Assembly (NCBI RefSeq): GCF_000011325.1
Contig: NC_003450.3
Location: forward strand, 2,970,001-3,002,000
Source of the DNA: Corynebacterium glutamicum ATCC 13032
GTDB lineage: Bacteria; Actinomycetota; Actinomycetes; Mycobacteriales; Mycobacteriaceae
DNA: 32,000 nucleotides
Direction of reading: 5' to 3'
The notes beneath the pieces were generated by a model, which saw only the letters and a program-made list of their open reading frames with translations, was not told the DNA's origin and did no database searches. A program made the translations under genes and the position numbers. Below, in pieces: positions 16,738 through 25,744 of this stretch (its first letter is position 1; each line of letters starts with the position of its first letter).

Positions 16738-18168
16738 GTGTCCCACACCTGTGGCATAGTGATTTTTGTGAGCACAGAATCAGGAAACACCCCAAAAAGG
16801 GATGATGCAAAAAGCACCATCCCTCCGAAAGATTTGCCTGACACCGTCTTAGACGCGATTGAAGGCAATTTTGAGCCACCGCTAAATACCCAGAAGTCGG
16901 CGGTTCCCCCTAATGCCGAAGCAACTGTCGAGGCTGATTCTGAAGGAACTACCGACCGCTCTGTCATTTTGGGCAGGGACGGCCGCTGGCTGTCCGGATG
17001 GGCATTGCGCTTCATCGTGCTGGTTATCGCCGGCGTCATTGCACTTCGTATGCTGGGCTTCATCTGGGTTGGCATCCTCCCAGTCGTCCTCGCACTTCTA
17101 GTCTGCACCGTGCTATGGCCACCAGTGAAATGGCTGCGCGAGCATAAGATTCCCGCGGCGCTCGCCGTTGTCATCACAATTTTGGGTTTCTTCGCCCTCA
17201 TCGGCGGAGTTTTTGCAGCCATCGCGCCAAGCGTGTCTTCCCAGACAAAGCAAGTGGTAGACCAAGCAACTGTTGGTATCGAAGATCTAATGGATTGGGT
17301 TCAGGGCCCACCTTTTAACTTAGATATCTCACAGTTTGAAGGCGCGCTCAATGACCTAACATCCATGCTGCAATCACAGTCTTCCACCATTGCTTCTGGT
17401 GTGTTCTCTGGACTGTCAACGGCATCATCCATCGTTGTCACACTAGCAGTGATGCTGGTGTTGACCTTCTTCTTCCTCAAAGACGGTCCTCGTTTCCTGC
17501 CATGGATGCGCGGCTTCACTGGTGAAAACGCAGGTTGGCACCTCACAGAAGTCCTGACCCGTACCTGGAATACCTTGGCCGGATTCATCCGTGCTCAGGC
17601 ATTGGTGTCCATGGTTGACGCAATATTCATTGGTATCGGATTGCTGCTTCTTGGCGTCCCAATGGCCCTCGCGCTCGCGGTCATCACATTCTTCGCGGGC
17701 TTCATCCCCATCGTCGGTGCGGTGTCTGCAGGCGCCCTGGCTGTCATCATCGCGCTAGTTACCAACGGCGTGACCAATGCGCTTTTGGTACTTGTATTGA
17801 TCCTGGCGGTTCAGCAGATCGAGGGCAATATCTTGTCCCCATTCCTGCAGTCCAAGGCTATGAACCTGCACGCAGCGGTTGTTTTGCTATCCGTCACCGT
17901 CGGCTCCACCATGTTCGGCATCATCGGCGCATTCTTGGCTGTTCCAGTAGCCGCGACGTTGGCTGTCTGGGTGCGCTACCACTCTGAAATGGTTGCTTTG
18001 CGCGCCGGTGAGATCACCAGTGATGACATTGAGATCGCCACGACGAAAGGTTCCCCAACCAGCCTCAATGGCCAAGAAACCCTTGCTGCCATTCGAAGCA
18101 GATTCGCCATCCTTGGCCGCAAGAAGCCGACATCTGCCACTGCAGAAAAAGCAGACTCAGAAAGCTAG
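16738..18168 (+). CDS. AI-2E family transporter (PerM-like permease)
   Basis: 476-aa ORF with multiple hydrophobic helices and the family-typical C-terminal block AVQQIEGNILSPFLQSKAMNLHAAVVLLSV. The start (GTG at 16738) is uncertain. Confidence 0.8.
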   Translation: MSHTCGIVIFVSTESGNTPKRDDAKSTIPPKDLPDTVLDAIEGNFEPPLNTQKSAVPPNAEATVEADSEGTTDRSVILGRDGRWLSGWALRFIVLVIAGVIALRMLGFIWVGILPVVLALLVCTVLWPPVKWLREHKIPAALAVVITILGFFALIGGVFAAIAPSVSSQTKQVVDQATVGIEDLMDWVQGPPFNLDISQFEGALNDLTSMLQSQSSTIASGVFSGLSTASSIVVTLAVMLVLTFFFLKDGPRFLPWMRGFTGENAGWHLTEVLTRTWNTLAGFIRAQALVSMVDAIFIGIGLLLLGVPMALALAVITFFAGFIPIVGAVSAGALAVIIALVTNGVTNALLVLVLILAVQQIEGNILSPFLQSKAMNLHAAVVLLSVTVGSTMFGIIGAFLAVPVAATLAVWVRYHSEMVALRAGEITSDDIEIATTKGSPTSLNGQETLAAIRSRFAILGRKKPTSATAEKADSES

Positions 18169-18183
18169 CCAATAATGCTCACT

Positions 18184-18214
18184 CCCGATGCCGCCAGGCA
18201 TCGGGTTTTTGTTA
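18184..18214 (+). terminator. Rho-independent terminator of the permease gene
   Basis: CCCGATGCC-gcca-GGCATCGGG followed by tttttgtt: a perfect 9-bp GC-rich stem plus T-tract, 16 nt after the stop at 18168. Confidence 0.8.
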
Positions 18215-18772
18215 TTTAAACTCCTTCACAGCCTCCGCCAACTGTCGTGCGCCCGCATCGACCGCATCAAACCACGACCCCGAAGCCTCCTCATCCGCGC
18301 TGTCACTAACCTGCTTCAGCAGCGTAATCGGAACACCAAAATGCTTTGCGACGCCCACCAGCGCCGCGCCCTCCATATCGCAGAGGGAGGCCCGGGTGGC
18401 CAGGTGGTTGCGGGTTTCTGAATCTGCAATAAATGAGTTTCCTGTTGCCAAACTCGCTACTGGGAAGTGCCCACTCGTGGCCAAAGTTGAACCATTTGAG
18501 CATGGCTTTCCTGTCATTTCAGCGATTAACTCGCTACTGAAATCATGCTGCAGAACGTATTCGATCTCGTATACGCCAGCCAATCCATCCACCAAAGCTC
18601 CCGCCGTACCAATATTGACAATTCGGGCAGGAAGCACCTCCCGAGTAGCCAACTCCTTAGTCAAAATCATCGTTGCTGCGGTCGTTCCGATGCCAGTCAC
18701 CAGCAAGTCGATTCCATCTGGAAGATACACCGCTTCCTCAGTTGTGGCGGATACAAAAAGAGTCTCAGTCAT
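18212..18772 (-). CDS. Nucleosidase of the PNP/UDP-1 family (MTA/SAH-nucleosidase-like)
   Basis: Family motifs VTGIGTTAAT, NIGTAGAL and CDMEGAALVGVAKHFGVP. I place the start at the ATG at 18772 (MTETLFVSATTEE); the ORF-track extension to 18847 would run into the upstream gene. Confidence 0.7.
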   Translation of the reverse strand: MTETLFVSATTEEAVYLPDGIDLLVTGIGTTAATMILTKELATREVLPARIVNIGTAGALVDGLAGVYEIEYVLQHDFSSELIAEMTGKPCSNGSTLATSGHFPVASLATGNSFIADSETRNHLATRASLCDMEGAALVGVAKHFGVPITLLKQVSDSADEEASGSWFDAVDAGARQLAEAVKEFK

Positions 18773-18843
18773 GGTGACCAAGCATAGAACGACCAAGAGG
18801 TTACAGGCTGAGTTGTTTAATAAAAAACAACTCTGAAACAACT

Positions 18844-19950
18844 TCACCCACGAATTACTTTCTCGATTTCTTCAACAGCAACATCGAGGCGGATGCGTTC
18901 TTGTTCAATGCGGAGCTCACCGTCTGTAATGAGTAGGTCAAGTGCGTCAGATTCAAAATCATGAAGGTTGTCAAAGCTCTCTGCCTTGAATTCTCGGTCG
19001 GCAACGCCAAGGTAGCGCCAGCGGGAGACGGTTTCAGAGTTCATCAGCACGGATTCGGTGTGAGGAACATGGCTGCGGACGCCGTCGAGAATTTTGAAAC
19101 CGTCCAGGTCAAGGTCACCCCAGTACAGCAACCGACCATTAGAAAAGTAGGGTCCTCGAACAATGTCTACTGCACGGTAGCCCGCACCCCAAGCAATTGT
19201 TACGCCCGGCCAAGTGGGTAAAGCGAGAAATGAATCGAGGTTTTCCACCATCAGAATTACTTGCGGTTCTTGTAATTCACACAGGTTGGAAAGCGGTACT
19301 TCAATGTCTGTGAGCCCAGCGGGAGCATCTACGGAATGGAAGCGGAGCCGGACGCGAGCTTCGGCGTCACCAAGTCCAAGATCGGCACGACCAGGTTCAC
19401 CACGTTTGTCGGCCACTAACGTTTCAATGAGTACGCGGTGGTTTTCGAGCCATTTGGTATGCACGCCTTCAACTGCGACGGCGCGTTTCAGCAGGCCAGA
19501 GTTAGGGTGTTTCAAAAACCAATCCACAACTAACACTGCCTTAGAGAGATCATCGTTAGACAGCGAACGCCACAGCGACACATGTTTCGCCACCACCTCC
19601 GCTGTAAAACCAGACAGCTGTGAAAACCTCTCGTGAAGTGAAGACCATTCATCCTCTACCTGCGCAAACACAACTAATTCCTCAGTCGTGTTCAACGTCA
19701 GCCTAACGGGTACTTCAGTTTTACCTAAGCCCACAGGAGACCAGTTTCGAATGGCATATTCCACATCATCACGCCCCTCCCATTGGCGGATAAATTCCCT
19801 CGTGGCATCAATATCGGCGGCGGCTTTAGCTGCCGTCGGTGGGTGCAGGGGCAGGCTGAGGCCTGCAAATTCGCCGAGGAGCAGCTCGCTTAAGTGCGCG
19901 TGGAAGTATTTTTTGCTGCGGTGGAGGGCGTCGTCGATAAACAATGGCAT
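18844..19950 (-). CDS. mksG: JetD/MksG-like Toprim-domain subunit (putative nuclease) of the Wadjet/MksBEFG-type system
   Basis: The C-terminal domain has Toprim-like acidic motifs: VILMVENLDSF (Glu) and LLYWGDLDLDGFKIL (DxDxD). The N-terminal domain resembles DUF3322. I prefer the ATG at 19950 (MPLFIDDALH), giving the junction TAAcATG with the upstream ATPase gene. The ORF-track start at 20046 would overlap that gene by 95 nt. Confidence 0.85.
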   Translation of the reverse strand: MPLFIDDALHRSKKYFHAHLSELLLGEFAGLSLPLHPPTAAKAAADIDATREFIRQWEGRDDVEYAIRNWSPVGLGKTEVPVRLTLNTTEELVVFAQVEDEWSSLHERFSQLSGFTAEVVAKHVSLWRSLSNDDLSKAVLVVDWFLKHPNSGLLKRAVAVEGVHTKWLENHRVLIETLVADKRGEPGRADLGLGDAEARVRLRFHSVDAPAGLTDIEVPLSNLCELQEPQVILMVENLDSFLALPTWPGVTIAWGAGYRAVDIVRGPYFSNGRLLYWGDLDLDGFKILDGVRSHVPHTESVLMNSETVSRWRYLGVADREFKAESFDNLHDFESDALDLLITDGELRIEQERIRLDVAVEEIEKVIRG

Positions 19951-19951
19951 G

Positions 19952-22900
19952 TTATTTCTCGATCCTAGAGAAACTGGAATTGCCCTGAATTGCGCCCTGG
20001 GCGTTTGGTTTTTCGGTGTAGCTGACCACGATGGTGGAGCCGACATAATCGCCGAGGGTTTGGATAAGTTTCAGCGGGGTCGCGAGCACCATGTGGAAGC
20101 CGAAGCTGTGGAAGACGTTCATGGTTTGGCGGGTGAAGGCGGGGTCGGCGCGGTCGAAGGCTTCGTCCAGAATGACGGTGGCGTAGGTGGGATAATGGGC
20201 GCCGGGTTCGGCTAGCTGGTAGCGCAAGGCAGCGGCGAGGCAGAAAAACACCAGCTTCTGGGCTTGTCCGCCTGAAAGTGATGCGGAGTCGACGTAGGTG
20301 TTGACGGTTGCGCCGTCGGAATCGCGCTCGAGGCCGATGAAGCGAACGTGGCGGCGGGTGTCTAGAACGGTGTTGCGCCAGCGGGCGTCGGCGGAGTCGT
20401 GGGAGGCGAGTTTGGAAATGATTTCAGCGATCAGCGCATAACGGGCGAAGGCTTGTTTCTCGGTACTGGTTCCCAGGTCACCGCTGGTAGCGGCATCAAG
20501 TTTCTGCTGGAATTCCCTCACAATCGGACCACTTTGATCACGGATGTCGATGTGCAGGAAGCGACCTTCGTTGAATTCCGACTGCGCCAAGGAGGCGTTG
20601 ATCGGCTCGATGCGCTCCTCGATTTCCCGGCGCGCATCACGTAGACGCCGCGAGATTTGGCCGAGGTTTCGGGTGGACATCTCGTTCATGAGCCCTAGGA
20701 ATTTGGCCGTGAATTCTGCCAAACGATCGCTGCGAAGCTCGCCGAGGCGGTTGATGGCCTCACCAACAAACTCAGGTTCGGCTTGTAAGTCAGCGCGGTT
20801 CGCAGGCCACGTTTCAATATAGCTGCGCAAAATGCCAACAATTTGGTTTTCACAACGTCGAAGTTCTGCCTCATTGGCATCGATTTGTTTGTCCAGATCC
20901 TCGCGCAGCGCAATGGTCTGCTCATCCACGTTGGCGGCGTGAACCCGGCGGGTGTTGGCAAGAAATAGTTTCTCCACTTCCCGCGCGATTTCTTCAGAAA
21001 CCTCCGCAACCGGCAGGCTTTCGAGCCGTTTCAATTCAGTTTCGGCGCGTTTCAGGTTCATCGACGCCACGGTTTCCTCACTCTGAGCTGCGACAAGCAA
21101 GTCAGAAACCCTCGCGAGCGTCTGCTTCGCCGCCTCATGCCGCGCGGAAAGCTCGGTGGCCTCTGGAGTGTTGTTCAGCTCTTCCAGCAATCGGTCCAGC
21201 TCAGCAATCGCCGCGTCGGCTGATTCCACATCAATCTGAGCCCACGACACTTTCAAAATTTCTTGCGAAGCTTGATACTGCCGTTCAAGTTCCCGCAGCT
21301 CAGCGCGGTTTGCAGCAATGCGATTATCAGCTGCCTGCACAACTGCTTTGCCAGCTTTCACGGTTTCCCGAAGCGTTTCCACCTTGGCATCATTGGTGGA
21401 ACCCAAACGGTATGTGGAACGATCCCCCAGCTTTCGGCGATCATCTTTTTCCCAACGCGTCGTCGGATCGCCTGTCTGCTGCGCAAATTTTCGCACACCC
21501 AAAATGGTCACGCCCTGATCGCGTGGCCCCAGCGCCGACAATTCCTCAGGAGTGCGCACGCACCGAATATTAAAACGCTTGCCTAATTCTTGATTTACCC
21601 AATCGCGAAACGGCGACTCCACAACATCAACTTTTCGGATCAGGGAATCCGCCGGAAAACGCGAGGTTTTGTACTCCCCCGTTGTCACCACGCCGTTGAA
21701 TTTCAGCAGCGCTGCCAAATGTTTGGCATTTACCCAATCCCGAACCCGTGGCAACAACCCATGAGGAACCAACATTTCCGCAGCAAAACCACCCAAAATG
21801 CGCTGCACAACGGGTTCCCATTCCGCATTATTCGGATCAATCAGCTCACCGGCAAAGGGCATATCCCGCGGGCTCACGCCCAAATCCTGACACAAATTTT
21901 CCCGCACCTGCAGCAAACGGTACTCAATATTACTGCTGCCTTTACTCAAAGAAGACAGCTCTTGATCCGCCGCTTTGAACTCATCAACCGCACGGGTTCG
22001 GTCCTCTACATTCCTCTGACCTGCAGATTCAAGCGCTTCCCTCGCCGCCGGATACTCATCCACGGTCAGCCGCGCAGCGTTGTTGAGCTCCAAAAGCTCC
22101 TCCGCCGATTCCGGCGCCGCACCGCCCAGCCCCTTAACCAATGCGTCCAGACCAGCGCGCGCAGTGCTAATTGTTCTTCGCTTATCGACGGCCCCCTCCC
22201 TCTTCGCACTCAAAATTCCATGCTGCGCTCCCACAATTTGTTTGACGTTGTCGTGCGCGAGGGTTTCCATTTCGCGGGCACGATCTGTCTCAATTTTGGC
22301 GGACTCCACCTTCGACTTCGCCTGCGTTTGCTCGACAGTAAATTGTCGAACCAGCGTTTCTTGCTCTTCCTTCTTAATGCGATTCCCGACAGTCGGCAGC
22401 GCCTTCTTCAGTGCATTGGCATGATCTTTGGACTGTTGCGCTTTCTCTCGCCGATTCTTCAGCTGCACCAAAGGATCCAGGGTGTGGATCTGCCGTTTAA
22501 TATCTTCGACCTGCTCATAAGCACCTTCAAGGTCTTGGAATTGTTCCACGGCAGTTTTGGCAATGCTGAACGTATCCGGTTCCACCAGCATGTAATCCCG
22601 AAATAGATCATCCAAGCTTTGAAGATCTTTCGCCGACTGCGCGCGGTGCAACAACAGCAAAGCTTCCTCACTGGAGATCCCCAAACGGCTTCTAAACCTG
22701 CCGGAGAATACAGAATGCTGCTCGCTAAAGATGGCTTCCTTGAAAGCAGCTCTGATCTGGCGTTTATCGATGCCCTCTTTCAGGAAATCCAGCAGCGCAT
22801 TGATGTCTTGATCAACGGGAAACACACCATAATATGAAGAAATATCGGAGGTTAAATTGTGTCCCGATTTCAGATAGAAAATAGCCACCAAGGTGTGCTC

Positions 22901-23287
22901 GACGCCTTCACCGTTGGAATAAGTCAATCCAACCAGCGAATAGGTTGCGCGGGGACGTAGGTACGTGGAGACAATCTGATCCTGCAGCGGATCCTCCTGC
23001 GCACGCCAAGCGCCACGGATATAGGTAACCAAACTGCGTCCCTTATTCCGCGGAGTATTAGCCTGTGCGGCAGAGTTAAACCTCAGCTTTCCTTGCGGAA
23101 GCAATACCGCCGTGATCGCATCAATCAGCGTGGATTTTCCTGATCCCGAACCACCGGTAACTAAGATTCCTTCCCTGGTCACAGGAATGTCCACCGTTCC
23201 GTGGAAGGTTCCCCAGTTGATCAACTGAATCCGAGAAAGACGGAACTGACCTGGGTGGATAGGATCTAAAGCTTGTTCGCTGGTCAC
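19952..23287 (-). CDS. mksB: JetC/MksB-like SMC-family ABC ATPase (1111 aa)
   Basis: N-terminal Walker A GGSGSGKST (nt 23129-23155). The middle, about 800 aa, is rich in E/R/K/L/A/Q and looks coiled-coil. The C-terminal head carries the ABC signature LSGGQAQKL and Walker B ATVILDEAFDRAD. Its start overlaps the upstream stop by 4 nt (ATGA). Confidence 0.9.
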   Translation of the reverse strand: MTSEQALDPIHPGQFRLSRIQLINWGTFHGTVDIPVTREGILVTGGSGSGKSTLIDAITAVLLPQGKLRFNSAAQANTPRNKGRSLVTYIRGAWRAQEDPLQDQIVSTYLRPRATYSLVGLTYSNGEGVEHTLVAIFYLKSGHNLTSDISSYYGVFPVDQDINALLDFLKEGIDKRQIRAAFKEAIFSEQHSVFSGRFRSRLGISSEEALLLLHRAQSAKDLQSLDDLFRDYMLVEPDTFSIAKTAVEQFQDLEGAYEQVEDIKRQIHTLDPLVQLKNRREKAQQSKDHANALKKALPTVGNRIKKEEQETLVRQFTVEQTQAKSKVESAKIETDRAREMETLAHDNVKQIVGAQHGILSAKREGAVDKRRTISTARAGLDALVKGLGGAAPESAEELLELNNAARLTVDEYPAAREALESAGQRNVEDRTRAVDEFKAADQELSSLSKGSSNIEYRLLQVRENLCQDLGVSPRDMPFAGELIDPNNAEWEPVVQRILGGFAAEMLVPHGLLPRVRDWVNAKHLAALLKFNGVVTTGEYKTSRFPADSLIRKVDVVESPFRDWVNQELGKRFNIRCVRTPEELSALGPRDQGVTILGVRKFAQQTGDPTTRWEKDDRRKLGDRSTYRLGSTNDAKVETLRETVKAGKAVVQAADNRIAANRAELRELERQYQASQEILKVSWAQIDVESADAAIAELDRLLEELNNTPEATELSARHEAAKQTLARVSDLLVAAQSEETVASMNLKRAETELKRLESLPVAEVSEEIAREVEKLFLANTRRVHAANVDEQTIALREDLDKQIDANEAELRRCENQIVGILRSYIETWPANRADLQAEPEFVGEAINRLGELRSDRLAEFTAKFLGLMNEMSTRNLGQISRRLRDARREIEERIEPINASLAQSEFNEGRFLHIDIRDQSGPIVREFQQKLDAATSGDLGTSTEKQAFARYALIAEIISKLASHDSADARWRNTVLDTRRHVRFIGLERDSDGATVNTYVDSASLSGGQAQKLVFFCLAAALRYQLAEPGAHYPTYATVILDEAFDRADPAFTRQTMNVFHSFGFHMVLATPLKLIQTLGDYVGSTIVVSYTEKPNAQGAIQGNSSFSRIEK

Positions 23288-23922
23288 TTCTGTTCCTCTT
23301 CATTTCCATCATGGGCTGCTTTGTTAAATTTTTCGTACTCAGCGCGCACACCTGCCACAGTGTCGGCATCAAAAATCTGGCGCAGTGCTGGTGAGACCTC
23401 AAAACGTTCAGGTGTCTCTGTCTTTTTAGCTAATGAATAATCCACGATGCGCCTAAATGCAGCGTCGAATCGCTTAGCTAGTTTGGCTTCATCTCGCTCT
23501 TCATCAACGCGGTAGAGCAACACTTGTTCGCGGATTTCTTCACGATCCACAATGACTCGTTCCCCCGGTGGCGCCATGGTGAGTTCTTGGCGCAGAATCA
23601 AAATGATCAACGTATCAAAATGCGACAGCGTCTCCGTGCGCAGCACTTTGGGCATCGCTTCAGTTTTGTTATTTCCAACCAATACTTCTTGTCTACCATT
23701 GGCAGGCCGAGTAAATGCAACACCCGCATCCTCATCAAGAACCAACTCGAGGAACAAATTGTTAAGCACAGCATTGAGCGCATCTTGATCTGTGGTGATA
23801 GCCCGCCACACTTCAACATGCTGCAAAGCATTCACCATGGGACCTTTGAGTAATTGCACCAGAGCTTTCCTGGACCCAAAAGTCAGCGTTCCAGTGTCGC
23901 CTTCCCACAGCTGATCATTCAT
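23284..23922 (-). CDS. mksE: JetB/MksE-like small acidic subunit (DUF4194-like, MukE/KITE analogue)
   Basis: 212-aa acidic ORF. The segment LVQLLKGPMVNA...VWRAITTDQDALNAVLNNLFLELVLDEDAGVAFTRP matches my memory of the DUF4194 core (LLKGP..., LeLvlDE..G.Af). It has 4-nt ATGA overlaps with both neighbouring genes. Confidence 0.8.
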   Translation of the reverse strand: MNDQLWEGDTGTLTFGSRKALVQLLKGPMVNALQHVEVWRAITTDQDALNAVLNNLFLELVLDEDAGVAFTRPANGRQEVLVGNNKTEAMPKVLRTETLSHFDTLIILILRQELTMAPPGERVIVDREEIREQVLLYRVDEERDEAKLAKRFDAAFRRIVDYSLAKKTETPERFEVSPALRQIFDADTVAGVRAEYEKFNKAAHDGNEEEQK

Positions 23923-25406
23923 TTATCCATCTCGCTTTCTGCCAAATCTTCACTGTTTAAACCCCTGATGAACTGCCATCCTGTAATCCGCCGGCGGTGT
24001 GTGGCATCATCACTTTCCCACTCCACTATTTGCGCGCGACCTGTGGGAACACCATCACGCATCGCCAGGTATAACAATCCAACAATGCTGGCGAGACCTT
24101 GCGTTGCCGGGAAATGTTCTAGTACCTCGGTGATCGTGGCGTGCGATTGCTCGGCAAGAACTAAAGAAACAGCCTCTTCCAATTCCTCAAAATCAATCTC
24201 GCTTGCCCGAATTTGTTCCATCAAGACTTCAGTGTCTAGTTCTTGTTCTTCAACTGGCTCAGGCAAATCTTCGACGCGTTCTTCACCTGGGTTCTTCAGT
24301 TTCAACCCCGCAATCGAGCGAACATCCATACCAATGCGCACGAGTGGTGTGTCCATGTGATTGAGTGAGGTCACTTCACCAGCCTCGGCGGCCTTAGCAG
24401 CGGCACTGCGGGTATCGCGAAGCAACTGAATCATGCGTCGGCTCTCTGCGAACTCCTCGGTAGTGACATAGTGACGCAAACTTCGAGCCAGCCCTGTCAT
24501 TTCCCCGTTGACCTCGAAGCTGGCATCCTCCATATCCCGGAAAATTCGGTACAGCCCTGTCCTTAATTTTGAATCCAGATCAATAGCCTCATCGCGTCCC
24601 AGAACTTCTCTGATCCATCGATCAATCAGACTTGAGCGTTCCCGATCGAGCAAAACATCAAAGAAACTATTGAAGCTGCGCCCCGCATCGGAATCCCCAA
24701 TCAGATCAACTCCCCTGAAGATCTCTTCCAAAACATCACCACGGGAATCTTCAGGATCAAGCAACTGCCTGCGCAGCTTCCGGTTCAGATCGCTCAGCTC
24801 ATGCCTTACCCTGGCGAAATCTGCAGGAATAGATGCTGCTAGATCCAAAATATCTGCTACCCGATCACCAATCTGCACGGTGGTGAGGACTTCAAATTCA
24901 CCAGCGTGGACCGCTTCAATCTGGCGTTCAATCCTGTCGCGTTCACGCTCTAACTCAGCTAAACGTTTCGCTGTGCTGGGGTCCGATTCCAACGCCAAAG
25001 TCTGCAACGCCTGCGTCAACGATTCAATTCGAGACGCCGAAATGCTTCGATGCGGGTTATCCCACCGCTGCACCGAATCCAGCACCGCCAACAGCTCTTC
25101 ACTCGGTTCCACGGTCTCACCAGTCTGCGAACTACCCGGACGACGCACAAACCACCGGGACTTCACCCAATCACTCACATAATCCGACGGGCTTTTCGGC
25201 AGCTCAAATCCTTCTTCACGCAGCACCCGAAAATCATCGCTGAGCAGCTGATACAGCTCTGAGGCCGGCTTAGCGATAGCCCCCTGCGGAAAATACTGCG
25301 CTACCACGGCGAGCACCACCGGAAAGTTGTCACTGCGCAACAAAGACAGCTCCAGGGATTCCTGCCTAAATCGCTTAAACCCAAGCGCGTGCGATACAAC
25401 GGTCAT
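23919..25406 (-). CDS. mksF: JetA/MksF-like subunit (DUF3375-like, kleisin analogue)
   Basis: 495-aa ORF and first gene of the operon. The N-terminal LSLLRSDNFPVVLAVVAQYF and the overall size and position fit DUF3375/JetA. This is an operon-context call strengthened by its three recognisable partners. Confidence 0.8.
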   Translation of the reverse strand: MTVVSHALGFKRFRQESLELSLLRSDNFPVVLAVVAQYFPQGAIAKPASELYQLLSDDFRVLREEGFELPKSPSDYVSDWVKSRWFVRRPGSSQTGETVEPSEELLAVLDSVQRWDNPHRSISASRIESLTQALQTLALESDPSTAKRLAELERERDRIERQIEAVHAGEFEVLTTVQIGDRVADILDLAASIPADFARVRHELSDLNRKLRRQLLDPEDSRGDVLEEIFRGVDLIGDSDAGRSFNSFFDVLLDRERSSLIDRWIREVLGRDEAIDLDSKLRTGLYRIFRDMEDASFEVNGEMTGLARSLRHYVTTEEFAESRRMIQLLRDTRSAAAKAAEAGEVTSLNHMDTPLVRIGMDVRSIAGLKLKNPGEERVEDLPEPVEEQELDTEVLMEQIRASEIDFEELEEAVSLVLAEQSHATITEVLEHFPATQGLASIVGLLYLAMRDGVPTGRAQIVEWESDDATHRRRITGWQFIRGLNSEDLAESEMDK

Positions 25407-25585
25407 GCCAATTGACTATTCCAGAAGGGGTGGACACGTGTCGTACATTCCTGTTCGAATCCGGTCACACTCCCCCATCACCGCACCAACTTCAAACAAA
25501 GGTCATGCCTTAAGCAGCAAAAAGCCACGCCCCTCCTTTAACTGGCTATGAACCAGCTATATATAAGGAGAAGCGTGACTTTTCA

Positions 25586-25639
25586 ATGATGAGAATGATG
25601 AGAATGATGAGAACGACCAGAACGATGAGAATGTCGAGA
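25586..25639. repeat. Tandem 9-bp repeat, six units (3 perfect ATGATGAGA + 3 degenerate)
   Basis: atgatgaga atgatgaga atgatgaga acgaccaga acgatgaga atgtcgaga. It lies in the spacer between the adhA 3' end (25745) and the mksF start (25406). Confidence 0.9.
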
Positions 25640-25640
25640 A

Positions 25641-25675
25641 CTACAAAAGCGACGAAAGCTCAGCCAAAGTTCGTC
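25641..25675 (-). terminator. Weak candidate terminator downstream of adhA
   Basis: The minus strand reads GACGAA-ctttggctgagct-TTCGTC followed by gcttttg. The stem is only 6 bp and the loop is long, so support is weak. Confidence 0.25.
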
Positions 25676-25744
25676 ACATTTTCAGCCAAACCGCTCTGCA
25701 GCAACCGCCTCAAAGTAGCTTCAGAGCAGTTTCAACACAATCCG

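Noticed and set aside
16707-17222. 171-aa minus-strand ORF overlapping the 5' part of the AI-2E transporter gene
   Set aside because: No motif, and a composition typical of an antisense frame. The plus-strand ORF continues for 476 aa with transporter-family sequence.
21590-22606. 338-aa plus-strand ORF antisense to the SMC-like ATPase gene, plus several shorter ones from 21263 to 22837
   Set aside because: These are shadow ORFs inside the coiled-coil-coding region. They are Arg/Pro/Gln/Phe-rich with no motifs or RBS. The minus-strand frame carries clear ABC ATPase motifs.
24508-25182. 224-aa plus-strand ORF antisense to the jetA/mksF-like gene
   Set aside because: The translation is Ser/Arg-rich and low-complexity, and lies inside a longer coherent ORF on the opposite strand that is coupled to the rest of the operon.
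25443-25458. TGTTCGA half-site upstream of mksF, considered as a LexA SOS box (TCGAAMANNTGTTCGA)
   Set aside because: Only the right half matches. The left half (gtacattcc) does not fit the consensus.
25586-25639. Tandem repeats considered as a possible CRISPR array
   Set aside because: The units are 9 bp and contiguous with no spacers, and no cas genes are nearby. It is a simple tandem repeat.
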